Below, piece after piece: positions 11,171 through 25,610 of a DNA stretch of 63,653 nt. Each line of letters opens with the position of its first letter. The first letter of the stretch is position 1. The notes under the pieces are model-generated. The model was not told the DNA's origin and ran no database searches. It saw only the letters and a list, made by a program, of their open reading frames with translations. The stretch comes from Octopus bimaculoides (lineage: Eukaryota). A program made the translations under genes and the position numbers. The stretch lies in NCBI RefSeq assembly GCF_001194135.2, contig NC_068993.1:47702247-47765899 (forward strand). Reading direction: 5' to 3'.

Positions 11171-14100
11171 TGTTTTTGATTGTTCCACCTCCCTATGTTG
11201 AATTGTTACGTAATCTATTCTGCTTGGTTACGTACTTTTGATGATTCTGCTGGGATGGTTTTCCTTGTATGCTGCAATCAAGCATCCATCTGCCTCATCA
11301 TTGAATCTCTCCCACGATTCTCGGCTATTGTTGTGATATTTCAATATCTATTTACATCATATTCAGTATTTTCTTGGCATTCTCCATTTATCTGTATATT
11401 TTTTCCCTTACGTTTGTGCAATTTTAGTTTTTATACATTCTCCACGAGAGACTCAATCACATCAGCATCTTTTTTCTGTTGGCTGGATTCCTTCAAAGCA
11501 CAAAGTAGTTTCGTTGTTTAGTTTACGTATTTATATTTGTCTACAGTTATTTTTCCTGTATCATTTTGTAGTGCTACAGTGCGTATTTTTAGTAGCTTTA
11601 TTTTCAAATGGGCTGCATCTCCCTTAGTAGGTGATAAATATAAATTTTTATGTCATATTTTGGGCCGTGTATTTTAAATGCAGCAAATATAATTGTTTTT
11701 TCAGTTTAGTCTTCCAATTCTAAAACTTTCTCTATAATCTCTTTCTAGAAAAACTAGAGTAACGAATCCTATTATCTTTTGTGTATCCATTTACTTTTGT
11801 TTTATGTATTCAATTAAAATTTCTCTAATAATCCTGTTCTATGTTTTCCATTTTCTTTGTATATTCTTTATTCTGTCTACTGTATTGACTACTAATATTC
11901 TGAAAACATTTTGTCGAATTTTCTTACCTAATGGCACGTTAATGCTCATAAATGATTCCCATCTCTTCAAATTTGTCTTAGCTCATATTTCTTGTAATTG
12001 GAAATGAATTTACTTCATACTCTGCAATATGGCTTCTAGTTGCTACTTAACTGTATTCTATATCTTGAGGTCATCTATATGCAAAACTGAGTGCTTGAGT
12101 AACCTTGGCATTTGTATTTTACTTCAACCAAATTGAATATGTCATGTAAAGGAACTAAACAAACAAGGAGTTGGTATGTTGCTAAAAGGTGTTAACTAAG
12201 TAGAAGAATATATACATAGGCATAGTTTTAATTCTCTCTTTTCTATACTTGCAATATTGATTGCCACTTACACTTTAGAGTTGCTTCATATATCTGCTTA
12301 TTATTGACGTTGCCTTAGTCGAGGCTGATGGATCGAAGAGTAAATGACATAGCCCAAAGCTTTCCATCTGTCAATCTTTGCTATGTTTCCAACATTCATT
12401 CCCTTATTACAATCTTTAAGCATGGTTTTTGCCGTTTAGTGATTGGCCTCTGCATACATAAAAGCCTTTTACATTTTCCCACCTGCAGCCTTGTAAGCAG
12501 ACGGAATTTTCTCACTACTCATTTATTCATTACAATGTTATTTACTTACTAGTCGGCGTCAAAATCATCGATTATATGCCTCTACGTTTTAACGCTTTCT
12601 TCAGTTTTTTGGTGAATCATAGTTTTCTCAGTGAGCCAAACATATGTTTCTATGGCAGTTAAAATTTGGTAACGCAGACCTCTGACAGTACATTACCAGT
12701 TCTGCTAAATAGATTAACTGTTGCTTCGGATAGTAGCATATTCAAGTTCTTTTTTTTTTTGTGCCTCTCGGATAAGTCCCGAATTGCTAAAACTTCCGAA
12801 AAGACATTAGATGTTGTGTGCATTGTTTCCTACAAACCTGCACATTATGATATCTAATCCATTCATTCCACCCACAGAATAGTTCTCATCTTCTTGCCAT
12901 TCGTGCTGCATTAATTTCTATTTTCCATTTATCTAAGATTTGATAGAATCATTTTTTTTTTAGGTGTCGAGGAGCTTAATTTGTTAAAATATTAGAAAGC
13001 ATCATTTTTTTACATTTAGGGAATATCAGTTGTAGGAAATCTTTGATTACAGAAGCACCATTTCGTTCTGAGGGTGGGGAGGGTCGTTACTATATTTCTC
13101 GTAATATTTGTCCACTTGAAATCAGCTGTATTGGTTTGTTATTGTTTCATTCCTGAGTGTCATGGGCTACCCTTTACTATTTTTTTTTTTGTGCTGCATG
13201 TTTCCTTTTTTATGTAGTTTGCTTGAAATATGACATTCTTATACAAGCAGATCTGACTTTCTTTTTTAAGTACCTCATTTTATTGCTGCTGCTACGTTTG
13301 CACTGGGGCTCATTCAAAGGATTATTTAGCAAGCTAATCGGAATGTAGTTGCCTTCGGATTTAAGATTTCACCACAGAGGTGGAAGCCGTACACAGAAAT
13401 ACGTTCTCAATTTATTTTCAAACGAAAAGAAAATTATCAAGCAACAACCTTAGATATTTATACTTGCCCAATTTAAGATGAAATTGGAAATTTCTATTAC
13501 AAAAGAAAAATATCTAAAGTACGGCTATAGTATCAACAACAGCAGCAATATTAGATCAAATGTTAATTTTGTGGGGGTCAAAAGTACGGACTTTACTTTG
13601 CTCAATATAAATGGAAAATGAGTGGATAATTTATGTCAGTTAAGGTGATGACAATTTAACCGATAAGTTTATCTGCATGTGTATGAAGGTGTGTTAGTAT
13701 GAACAAGACTACTTTAATATTGTACTCAGAGATGTGGAGAGTTCTATTAGAGAATATAGCAGAACTAATGACTTTTTGCTGCACTCATCTCTCAGGTGTG
13801 AGAGGGAAAAGATGTCCTTAAACAGCGGGTCTAGCTTGAATACATGCAACAGAATGGGCCTGACTAATAGCATACAATCTGATGTTAGCTGAGTGTCAGA
13901 TTAATCAACCAGCGTGGTAGGCCATGTGAAACTTTGAATTTAGGACGCAATGAAAGGAAGAATCCACCGCAACGCATCATACATATCCCTCGCTTTAATG
14001 ATTTATGATTGTCTACGACTAAACGCTGGAACTTTATTTATCGACCGTGAAAGGACAAAAAACAGAGTTGACTTCGTCAAATTTCAACACAAAATGACTG

Positions 14101-15418
14101 AAACAAGAAGTAGATATTAGGAGAGGTCGAGGAAAGTAGCCTTACTAGCAGTAATTAATCGCAAGAGGTGATGAGCAGGATTGCAATTAACGCCGTTACC
14201 AGTTGAATGGGCAGTAAAGCTCAGAGAAAGCCTAGAACAAGCTACATCCATAGCAGGAAGTGGCGATGTACGAGAAAGTAATTAAGTCTTCCTTCAACAC
14301 AAAACCGAGTACGGACTATGAGTAGTACCACGACCCTATTGTCTGGTGGGCACCGGAGGGTATAAAAAGTGAGATAAAATGGAAATTACGTTAATAAAAA
14401 AGAACACTGATGTGGAAATACAACACTAAGTCCAAACAAAAATTAGACCTTCATGAAAGTCTAACTTCCCTCCTGGAATTCCTATTGTCCAAATAGCAAT
14501 TCGTAGACTTCCTCTTTTGAGTATGGGTCTAAAAGATGACCGATTAAATATTAGATGACTTGAAGAGAAAATAGCTTGAAAGCCAGACGAATCTTGACAA
14601 ATAGGTGATTGATTCACCAAGACAACGGAGAAACAACAGCTGACTGACGTATCCCGTTCAACATTATTCAAAACACTTCAGCTCTTAGCAATTTCGGACA
14701 AACACTATGTGCAAAAGGTGAGCAGAAAGGAAAAATTGTTAGAGTCGATGCATATCTTTATCCTGCATAGGTAGAGGTTATTTGTTCTCTTTAGTGAATT
14801 CTCATTATATGTATTTATATTTGTATTTTTATTTTCTACTAAATATTCCAACATGTCAATGTAGTGTATTGTATCGCTTGTATACATCGTTTCCATCGCA
14901 CGCATGCGCACAAACACACACAAACACACACACACACACACCCTCTACTCATACACGTACACACATAGATATACTTGTATATACTGTGTACATATACACA
15001 TATGTATACGCACATGTAAATTTACATGTTTATATATACATATTTACACATACAAGCATGCATACATTCATACATGCATAAATATTTATATCTATAATTA
15101 TATCTATATATATGAGTGTGCTTATCCAAGACCTCAAAAAAAAAACTGGCAAAAAAAACAATGCAATACACACATCTGAGATAAATAACAAGTAAATTAA
15201 AAACAATATTTCATATTAAAGCTCTGCAATGAAAAGAATCTGTATTTGGAGATGTAAGATAAAGGAGATATTTTATCCATATTTTATATCGTATGTATAA
15301 TATGATATGTACGTATGGATTTATGTACGCATATATGTATTTGTGTGTACTTGGGTGTATACAATTGCATGTTAATATTATTTCAAAAGTCCCTCACCTC
15401 TCTCTCTCTCTCTCGCTG

Positions 15419-15474
<56 letters not shown>

Positions 15475-16829
15475 NNNNNNNNNNNNNNNNNNNNNNNNNN
15501 NNNNNNNNNNNNNNNNNNNNNNNNNNNNNNNNNNNNNNNNNNNNNNNNNNNNNNNNNNNNNNNNNNNNNNNNNNNNNNNNNNNNNNNNNNNNNNNNNNNN
15601 NNNNNNNNNNNNNNNNNNNNNNNNNNNNNNNNNNNNNNNNNNNNNNNNNNNNNNNNNNNNNNNNNNNNNNNNNNNNNNNNNNNNNNNNNNNNNNNNNNNN
15701 NNNNNNNNNNNNNNNNNNNNNNNNNNNNNNNNNNNNNNNNNNNNNNNNNNNNNNNNNNNNNNNNNNNNNNNNNNNNNNNNNNNNNNNNNNNNNNNNNNNN
15801 NNNNNNNNNNNNNNNNNNNNNNNNNNNNNNNNNNNNNNNNNNNNNNNNNNNNNNNNNNNNNNNNNNNNNNNNNNNNNNNNNNNNNNNNNNNNNNNNNNNN
15901 NNNNNNNATATATATATATACACACATATATGTATATATGTGTGTGTGTGTATGTATGTGTGTGTAAATGTATTTACAGATAAATACATAGATACAGACG
16001 CACGCATCCCACCCTACATGAGCAGACATGTAGAGAGATTGATAACTGTAGATATTAATACATATGCATATGTGTATGTATTTATACGTATATCCAGATA
16101 CATAAATGTGCACGTGCGAGCGCGTTTATGCGTAAAACCTGCATGCATACGTATCCATTTTTATGCCTAAGTATCAGATACATAAATATGTAAGGGATTA
16201 TTGATAAACTCCTTTCTGTCTGTTAGACTGTGTATTATTTCGTTTGTTAGCATTATGTGTTTACTTAATATTTTTCTTGGTGTGTCTTTTTGGAAACTGG
16301 TGTGCGTGATTGTGATAGTGTATGTGTTTGTGTATACGTGATGCGTAGAGCTCTGAGTAAAACAAAGCATTTTCAATTATATATTTGCCTGTTTCGTAAT
16401 AAATTTTGCGAGCTATACTGTCATTTCTATAAACAGCTTAAGGAAAATAAGTTACTTTTGCTTGGCGGGGTTCACGAACGATGCCGATCACTTACAAGGC
16501 TCTGCAATGAAACATTATTGAAATACTAATATGGTTCAAGACTCTTATAGGAAGATTTCAGAATCTCCAGTCGATATGTAACTTGTTATATTACATAAAA
16601 CTCGGTCATTTATCATACTGTAACAGAAAAAAAAAAAATTAGAATCATATGATGTGGGGAGTGAGAATTTCTTAACTGAAATCGTTTTTCGTTTTGTTAT
16701 TTAGCTCTTGCTCAACACTTACCGAGCAGTACAACAATCCAGTGAATTCCAACGAAGAGCAGTCTAACACTGACTCGGGGGCCGAACATTCAGTTATCTA
16801 ATATCTTCTCTTAACTTAAAGTAGACACA

Positions 16830-16930
16830 TGACCTAATGTTAGGTGTGTTGCACTTACAATCTTACGATTGTAGTTTCGATTCGCACAGCGCGTGTGCAC
16901 GGTCGTCTTGAGTAAAACAATCAATTTCTG
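16830..16930 (+). mobile_element. Decayed 5' fragment of SINE family C
   Basis: ACGATTGTAGTTTCGATTC...GTCTTGAGTAAAACA matches the head of the 8308-8571 copy. Confidence 0.55.
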
Positions 16931-17261
16931 ATTACACCAGCCGAATCGACTCTCAAGGATTTCCCGCAATAGATGAGAAGTTCACTTTGCGTTGGACTGG
17001 TGTCTCGTTCAGTGCGGGTGGGTGGCTTTAGGTGTTCAACGCTCAGCAAATCATACACCAAATAAACCGCACCGAACTCTGACATGATGAAAACTATGCA
17101 TCGGGATATGTCAAAGTCTTTCCATAAGAAGAGGAGAGTGTGACCAGAAGGAGAGTTGGCAGGTATTCTGGAAGATCAAGTAATCAAATTAAATCTTTTG
17201 ATCTTTGTCTCTTAACGTCATTCTCTTTGGTGTATGAGTTGTAACAAAAATTCTCTTGAGT

Positions 17262-17500
17262 CACGCCGGCTCACAAGGGCCGATTTCCTGCTTTCATGGT
17301 GGTTTCCCAGTTTCATTCCGCAACTGGACGGGACGTCGGTGCGTCGCAGGATTACTCATGTTTGCCAGCTGAGGGGAATGGAGCAACGTGAAATGAAATG
17401 TTCTCTTCAAGAATACAACGCATCGCCCGCTTCATGAATCGAAACTATAATCTTACGATCAGAAATCCAATATCCTAACCACTGAGCCACGCGCATCCGC
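17262..17500 (-). mobile_element. SINE family C, diverged full copy
   Basis: Collinear with 8308-8571 (CTGGACGGGACG, TTTGCCAGCTGAG, CAACGTGAAATGAA, ATCGAAAC, CCTAACCACTGAGCCACGCGC). Confidence 0.85.
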
Positions 17501-18497
17501 AGGGTAAACGAATTTGTGAGAATGCATATTCGTTTGAGTGATTGCATGGATGTTATTTTTTTTCTTTTATATAAATTTGTTGTGTGTTTCTCCTTAGAGG
17601 GATTGGTGTGTTTATTTGAAGGAGTGCCTTCATTATTATCATTGCGAAGAGACAGAATATTTCCTTCTAAATGCATAACCAAAATGTCTTCTATTATCTG
17701 CAATATTTCTTAGATTTTTCAGTTGAGTCTACAGAAATTATTTCATCGTGCAATTAAAAATGTTTTTACTAAAACTGGTGAAACAATATATTTTATTGAC
17801 ATGAAGTAAAAAAGAGGACAATAGCACAGACGTGCAAACTCGTACAGATACACATATGCTTACATACTCACAGATAAGCAACAACACATATTCATAGATA
17901 TATAGACGCATGGTTGTTTATGCATCGGCTATCAGATAAAAACAATCAACGAAACTGTATCGCTTCACTGATGATATATCTGAAAATCCGCAAATAGCTA
18001 TAGAGTGTATATAAACATTACCAAGAAGATTGGAGTGGGCAATGCGCTCTATTACATAATTCTACAATTGTTTAATCGACGCTTTATCAGAAGTTTATTG
18101 CTGGAATATTATTCTGTAATATACGAAAGAGTACATAGAATTTGTATTATGATACTAATACTGGAAGTTACCGACTCTTCAGGTCGATGACTAAAGCAAT
18201 TTACAGAAGAAAAACCTAATTTCACAAAATATAAAAACCTCGTTGATGGGGTGCATATTATTTCACTCGTATACCAATGATTTAACAAACAAACAAGTAC
18301 TTAATAAACCATGCGCCCAGAACAACCGTGTAAGAAATCGATGATATCGAAAAGAACAAGAGAATAAAGGGAATATATATTAATAAATATATAAGCAAAT
18401 AAAAATAAATGAACCGATAAAGACGATAAGATATTTGTGTGTCTCCAGAATCGCCCAGTCCATCTATCAACAACGTCTTTCATACATGATACACACA

Positions 18498-18573
<76 letters not shown>

Positions 18574-21500
18574 NNNNNNNNNNNNNNNNNNNNNNNNNNN
18601 NNNNNNNNNNNNNNNNNNNNNNNNNNNNNNNNNNNNNNNNNNNNNNNNNNNNNNNNNNNNNNNNNNNNNNNNNNNNNNNNNNNNNNNNNNNNNNNNNNNN
18701 NNNNNNNNNNNNNNNNNNNNNNNNNNNNNNNNNNNNNNNNNNNNNNNNNNNNNNNNNNNNNNNNNNNNNNNNNNNNNNNNNNNNNNNNNNNNNNNNNNNN
18801 NNNNNNNNNNNNNNNNNNNNNNNNNNNNNNNNNNNNNNNNNNNNNNNNNNNNNNNNNNNNNATATATGAACTATGAATTTCGATAAAACTATTGGAAACA
18901 CGTGTGTAATTTGACCACAAATAAGATTGGTTGTGACAATGATAGCAAAAACAACAGGCTTCCTGACTATAGAATGATGCGGTTTTCTTTCTGAGACTGA
19001 ACAAAGAGGATAACAGTTAATATTTTGAAACTAGAAATAAAAGTCAAAGAACATTTGTGTTTTCAAATAAGCTTTAATATCGCACAGTGCTTTCTAACAA
19101 ATAAACAATATTATTGCATACTATTATATTTCCTCTTATTTTGATCCCGTAATGATTTTAAATATTTACACAATTATCAGATAATTTTCTTGGTTTGGGA
19201 TTTATTACGCCATGGACAGGTCTAGCTCTCTTTTTTTTTTCGTATGGAGACATTCACAAATATAGCTATAAAACCGTCAGTTACCATTTAAGCAAAATGC
19301 GTTTCAACATGAAAATAGATGAAAGCCATTGACTATTGCAAAATTTCAATGAAAAATTTCTCGAAACAACTGCAATTGCGACAATCGTTGCCATTATCAA
19401 TCTCCATTAAACGGTCTGGTTATCCAAAAGCAACACGCAACAGACTGTCATTGAATCGCTGATGATATCAATAGTGAATGAGCTTTTATCAATTATGTAT
19501 CGTAAAACTACAAAAGTCTTGCTTAAATTTATTGTTTAAGGTAACCGAATTCACCAAAAGTTGGAACGGAGAAGTAGGAAAGAATGGAAAATGCTTTGAG
19601 ACTGAGTATTGTTAATACACTCAGATGGATCTCTCATTAATTTTGGCGTATGGAAGATATTTAAATAATGAAATGCTAATGCAATCCAAGAGGAGATACT
19701 TTTTATTGTTAAAATAGAGTAAAACACAAAAGTTGCGGCTATCATTAAATTTCTTCATAAGTCATATTTTTTGTGAAAGCAATATTCTCATTGATAAAAC
19801 TCTTGTTGTAGATCTCTCGGTTCTGAGTATGTTTCTATGGGAATTACATAACTTATTTACGAAAAGAAACTCCAAATCCCATTTAGATTCACCGCATGTC
19901 TCATTGTAAAAAATTGCATTCGATGCTTTAGTATGCAATGAAGATAATCCTTGAAAAAGAAGATTAACATTTCAGGAAAATGTGCGTTGAAATGAAGAAG
20001 AATGCAACAGATTACTCTTATATTGACAACTACAATAGCTTTTCAATGACATTAGTTTGTCCAAACTTAAGAAATAGTTTGACAATATACTAAAATATCT
20101 TCAAAGTTAAAACTTAGTATCAAGAGCAATTGATTAAAAAGTTGAAAATACTTTTTAATGACTTTTATTCTGCAGTTTCAAGAGGTAATATGACCCGCAA
20201 TGACGCGAAACATGTCATTTGTTATTTTAAATGAGAAAATTCAATGTTATCATTACCACGTTCCATGTGTAACTTTACATCATTTCCCAATGAAACAATG
20301 TTTTTGAAATCACTGCAATTACGACAATAGTTGTCATTATCAATCTCCATTTTACAGTTTGATATCCAAAAGTAACACACAACAGACTGTCGTTAAACCA
20401 ATAGTGCATGAGGCTTTGTCAATTGTGTATCCTGTGGAAACTTTACACAACGGTTATAGGAGGTTTTAGCGAACAATTTCTTTTCGCTGGAAATTCAATC
20501 AAGATTTGAAGACATGATTAATATATTGATGTTTTATCTTCATTGTTGATGACGATCCGAAGTTAGTTTTGAGCACCTCACGGTGCAAAATGATCTTGAA
20601 ACCGAAATGTCACACAAACTCTTTTACGTTGGTAAAAAACATGTTACTGCCGTACGCATGAAATTTTCGAAACGTCAGTTGTTTCTCTCGTGTGTTACCT
20701 CGTATCTTGGAAAACCGGGTTCTTCAGGTTTTAAATAATGACAAAATTTCCACAGTGCTGCCAAGACGTAATACCTGCCTACCATTATCGAAATTCTATC
20801 AAAACTTTTAGTTCTCGTTAAAAAACACCTTTATAAAGGAATAGAGAAAGTGAGTGATGCTATTATATGACATCAGGTTTCTGTGCTTGATGTTTCTATT
20901 ACTATAATGTTAGCCATATATAAATAGATATATCGAGAAAAGAAGACATCATATTTCTTTCCTAAATTAATTCATAGAGTAGTATAATATTTTGCATTAA
21001 AGCTCCAAGAGTGATCAAATATATTTTCTTTAAACTTAGCTAAAATCGTTTAATCTACTCGTTGTCAAATTAATGTAAATTTTGAGAGTTCTAATTTTCA
21101 ATTTTTGAAATTAATTTTATGGTAAAATATATAATGGATTAATAAGCAGAGAAAATAACATAGATTTCGACACGAAAAACATGTTTATTATAGAGCGCAG
21201 TCAAGTATCTCTAAATTAAATTGAAAAAAGTGTATTTAATTCATCAATAGACGTCGAAGAAATTGCAACAAGATCAGCTTCTAGTTACAATGTATCGACG
21301 TACTAATGAAAGAAACGCACATTGTATAAGTCCCCAGTATATAAGACTGAGAACTTTCTATTAGAATAGAAAGTGAGATAAAACAGAAAATAAGCAGAAT
21401 ATTTTTCGCTCCCTCAGTTTCAGAAATAAAAATAAAATACAGTAACCGTCCCATAAAAATCGACTAACATCTATGGTAGATTCGACGCAGAAGCAATTCG

Positions 21501-22445
21501 TTTATATAAGTTTTGAAATGTCCTATTGTACATAATAAAACTACGTCTCAAGTCACAATATTTCTTAACTTCGGAAGGATTCTTAATTCAATGATAAGTT
21601 GAAAATTACATCTACCATGTTTTCAAATATCTACAAACCACGAACATAGTTGGACGGAAGGTATATTGGCTTACTTTTGAATTGTTTGAAGACTATGAAA
21701 AAAAACAAGTCGATTATCAATCGATTATCAATGAAATGCATATCAGTTAATAAAATTGCCATAAAAGCAAAATACTTAAGGTAATAGATTACAAAGTCAT
21801 GTAGTAAATGCTTGTGTTAGATGTCGTATATCTGCAACACAGTTGCAAAAGTGTATGTACAAATAATCATTTTGTGTATCATAAAGATATCATAATCATA
21901 TTTACAAAGAAAATAGAAAAAGAATAGAATGGAAAGAAAAATATTATATAAGGTTCATGCGGGAATATATCATTAATAATGTGTTTTTCCGGACAGTTTG
22001 TTTCTGTTTTCAATAGAAGTTATTATACAAGTCCATAAACAAACAATTTATTTATGAGATTGAAATGACCTATCGAGCAATCTCATAATTTAAGAGAGAA
22101 AGAATGGCATCAAAATAAATTTGCCAGAAATATTCAAAGTGGGACTGTTACAATTCGTAAAGGAGATAACAGAATTATTTGCCATCTCCAGGAAACATTG
22201 GGAATGTTTATAATCATTTTATAATGATTATTTGAATTAAACTTTGATGATCAGCACAACAGAGATTATTTTGACATCGAGCCTATAAGAGAGCTTCCAT
22301 TAGATTTCTATATATGTAAGTAATAGCAGCTAAATTTCTGGAAATAGTTCGTTACACTGTCTTATAATAAAAACTACGTTAATCCAGTCTTACGTATATG
22401 GATGCGAATATGTGTACAAATATGCATACCTAGAAATACACACAT

Positions 22446-22481
<36 letters not shown>

Positions 22482-23560
22482 NNNNNNNNNNNNNNNNNNN
22501 NNNNNNNNNNNNNNNNNNNNNNNNNNNNNNNNNNNNNNNNNNNNNNNNNNNNNNNNNNNNNNNNNNNNNNNNNNNNNNNNNNNNNNNNNNNNNNNNNNNN
22601 NNNNNNNNNNNNNNNNNNNNNNNNNNNNNNNNNNNNNNNNNNNNNNNNNNNNNNNNNNNNNNNNNNNNNNNNNNNNNNNNNNNNNNNNNNNNNNNNNNNN
22701 NNNNNNNNNNNNNNNNNNNNNNNNNNNNNNNNNNNNNNNNNNNNNNNNNNNNNNNNNNNNNNNNNNNNNNNNNNNNNNNNNNNNNNNNNNNNNNNNNNNN
22801 NNNNNNNNNNNNNNNNNNNNNNNNNNNNNNNNNNNNNNNNNNNNNNNNNNNNNNNNNNNNNNNNNNNNNNNNNNNNNNNNNNNNNNNNNNNNNNNNNTAT
22901 ATATATACATATATAATTTTATTATCTGAGGAATTCCAGTCACTCAGAAACCAAGAGTTTCTTACTAATGTACTTGTCAAAGAGTTTGGTGTAAATAATG
23001 ACACTTATAGGATGTCTTGTGAATCTTGGACTTCACCTAGCTTCAGCTCGTCTTTTTCGAAACTGCATTTTGAAACATGTGTAAATTTTCGTTTCGATTC
23101 TCTTATGTATTGATATGCATACAGGAAATCTTTAGGCTACAAAGTTTTCTATAACTTCACATTATTTTAATTATACTCTCCTAAATGCATTTTTCTAAGG
23201 CTTGAAATTCCCTTACAGGTACAAGACGAATTTGATTCTAAACACATCCATCCAAAAATAAAAAATAAAAGAAAAAAATTAAAGCACACACATACTAACA
23301 AGCCTACACACACATACACACACTCACACAAACTAACAGAAAACAATTACTAACGCAGTAGCCAATTTCCATCGAAGAATTCCAAGGAAAATACCAAACA
23401 AACACATTACTAACGTAGCAACAATTTCCCGATGAAAAACAAGGCGAAAATTTACAAAGAAAACATTAAAATAAATACGACTTTTGTATTTCTAATAAAC
23501 GAATGGAAACAACATGAAATAATATACGCGTGCGTGCGTGTGTGTGTGTGTATGTGTGCA

Positions 23561-23600
<40 letters not shown>

Positions 23601-23789
23601 ATTAATCAAAGGCGAAGGCTAACAAATATTTTAACTCTGAAACTTTTGCAGAAATGTCAACTAGAAAAGATACAAACAAAAACAAACAAAAATACTACAA
23701 TTATAAAGGTTACTTCAGGGCAATTAAAGCAAAGTAGTGAAGAAAAAATATTTAAATAATACATTAAAAATTAAATAGAATAATAATAA

Positions 23790-23955
23790 TTGTTATGGTA
23801 TTAACAGTAGTAGAAATAATAATAATAACAGCAATAATAGCAGTCGTTGTAGTAATAATAATAATCATCATAGTTGTAATGATAATAACATTAATAATAA
23901 TATAATATATAGCAGGAGCAGCAGTAGTAGTGGTAGTAGCAGGATAGTCGTAGTG

Positions 23956-24000
<45 letters not shown>
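23790..24000. repeat. Compound (AAT)/(TAG)n microsatellite
   Basis: Direct reading. Confidence 0.9.
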
Positions 24001-24001
<1 letters not shown>

Positions 24002-24899
24002 ATTTCTTTTATTTTCCACGGGGTCATTAGATGAGAATAATGTCATAAAATAATCTAATACAACCAAGCTTTTAGCTAATCATTATATATATATATATAT
24101 ATANNNNNNNNNNNNNNNNNNNNNNNNNNNNNNNNNNNNNNNNNNNNNNNNNNNNNNNNNNNNNNNNNNNNNNNNNNNNNNNNNNNNNNNNNNNNNNNNN
24201 NNNNNNNNNNNNNNNNNNNNNNNNNNNNNNNNNNNNNNNNNNNNNNNNNNNNNNNNNNNNNNNNNNNNNNNNNNNNNNNNNNNNNNNNNNNNNNNNNNNN
24301 NNNNNNNNNNNNNNNNNNNNNNNNNNNNNNNNNNNNNNNNNNNNNNNNNNNNNNNNNNNNNNNNNNNNNNNNNNNNNNNNNNNNNNNNNNNNNNNNNNNN
24401 NNNNNNNNNNNNNNNNNNNNNNNNNNNNNNNNNNNNNNNNNNNNNNNNNNNNNNNNNNNNNNNNNNNNNNNNNNNNNNNNNNNNNNNNNNNNNNNNNNNN
24501 NNNNNNNNNNNNNNNNNNNNNNNNNNNNNNNNNNNNNNNNNNNNNNNNNNNNNNNNNNNNNNNNNNNNNNNNNNNNNNNNNNNNNNNNNNNNNNNNNNNN
24601 NNNNNNNNNNNNNNNNNNNNNNNNNNNNNACGCTAAATAAATATACTCATGGTTTATATTTAGTGGAATTATTTTTTACATCTTGTCTTGAAGAAATATA
24701 TTTTTACTCACCTTTTATTTTTTTTTTAATTCTAGCAATATTAAAATAGGAATCTATGAAAGATAAGCCAATTTGCAGCGGTCGACGAGCAAACGATATT
24801 GGCAGCATCTCTATCAAACCTTGATCTAGATATTATTGTTACTTTTTATTTTTATAAGAATGAAATAAGGGCGGTTTCGTTCCTGTTGTCTATCTACCT

Positions 24900-25366
24900 A
24901 CAACATGAATACCATTGGCATCATGAGTACCATAGCCGGTGTCATCGTCGTCGTCGTCATCTTCTTCATTTCCCCTCGTACTCCTACTCCTAATCCCCTC
25001 CTCCTCCTCCTAGTCATTATCGTTATGATGATGATGATGTTGTTCATGATCACCACCACCAGCCTGATCGAGGTCTTCGTCGCCATCGTCATCGTTCTCG
25101 TCCTCTTGTCGGGTCTGTCATCATTCTTCTTCTGATTGTTCCCCTCTCCTGCTCCTCCTGCTTCCGCTCCTCCTGCTTCTGCTCCTCCTTCTACTCCTGC
25201 TGCTCTTGCACCTCATTCTGCATCTCTTCCTGCTCCCCCTCCTGTTCCTCCTCCTGCTCCTCCTGCTTCTATTCCTGCTCCTCCACCTGTTCCTCCACCT
25301 GCTCTTGCTCCTCATCACCATCATCATAATCACCATCATCACCGTCATCACCACCAACACCACCAC

Positions 25367-25416
<50 letters not shown>

Positions 25417-25448
25417 CCGTCATCACCACCACCATTACCACCAACACC

Positions 25449-25482
<34 letters not shown>

Positions 25483-25526
25483 TCATCATCATCACCGTCA
25501 TCACCACCACCATTACCACCAACACC

Positions 25527-25583
<57 letters not shown>

Positions 25584-25610
25584 GTCAGCAGCAGCAGCAG
25601 CAGCAGCATC
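24900..25610. repeat. Compound trinucleotide tract (CCT/CAT/CAC/CAG) with higher-order units
   Basis: Direct reading; CACCGTCATCACCACC recurs at 25340, 25415 and 25493. Confidence 0.9.

Noticed and set aside
11190-13360. Possible ancient LINE on the minus strand (GNYIPISLLN near 13320-13350; IQINGECQEN near 11370-11400)
   Set aside because: The motifs are isolated, their spacing does not fit one RT, and no catalytic motif was found.
14700-14725. Strong donor-like AAG|GTGAGC as the end of an upstream non-coding exon
   Set aside because: An isolated splice motif with no supporting acceptor or promoter evidence.
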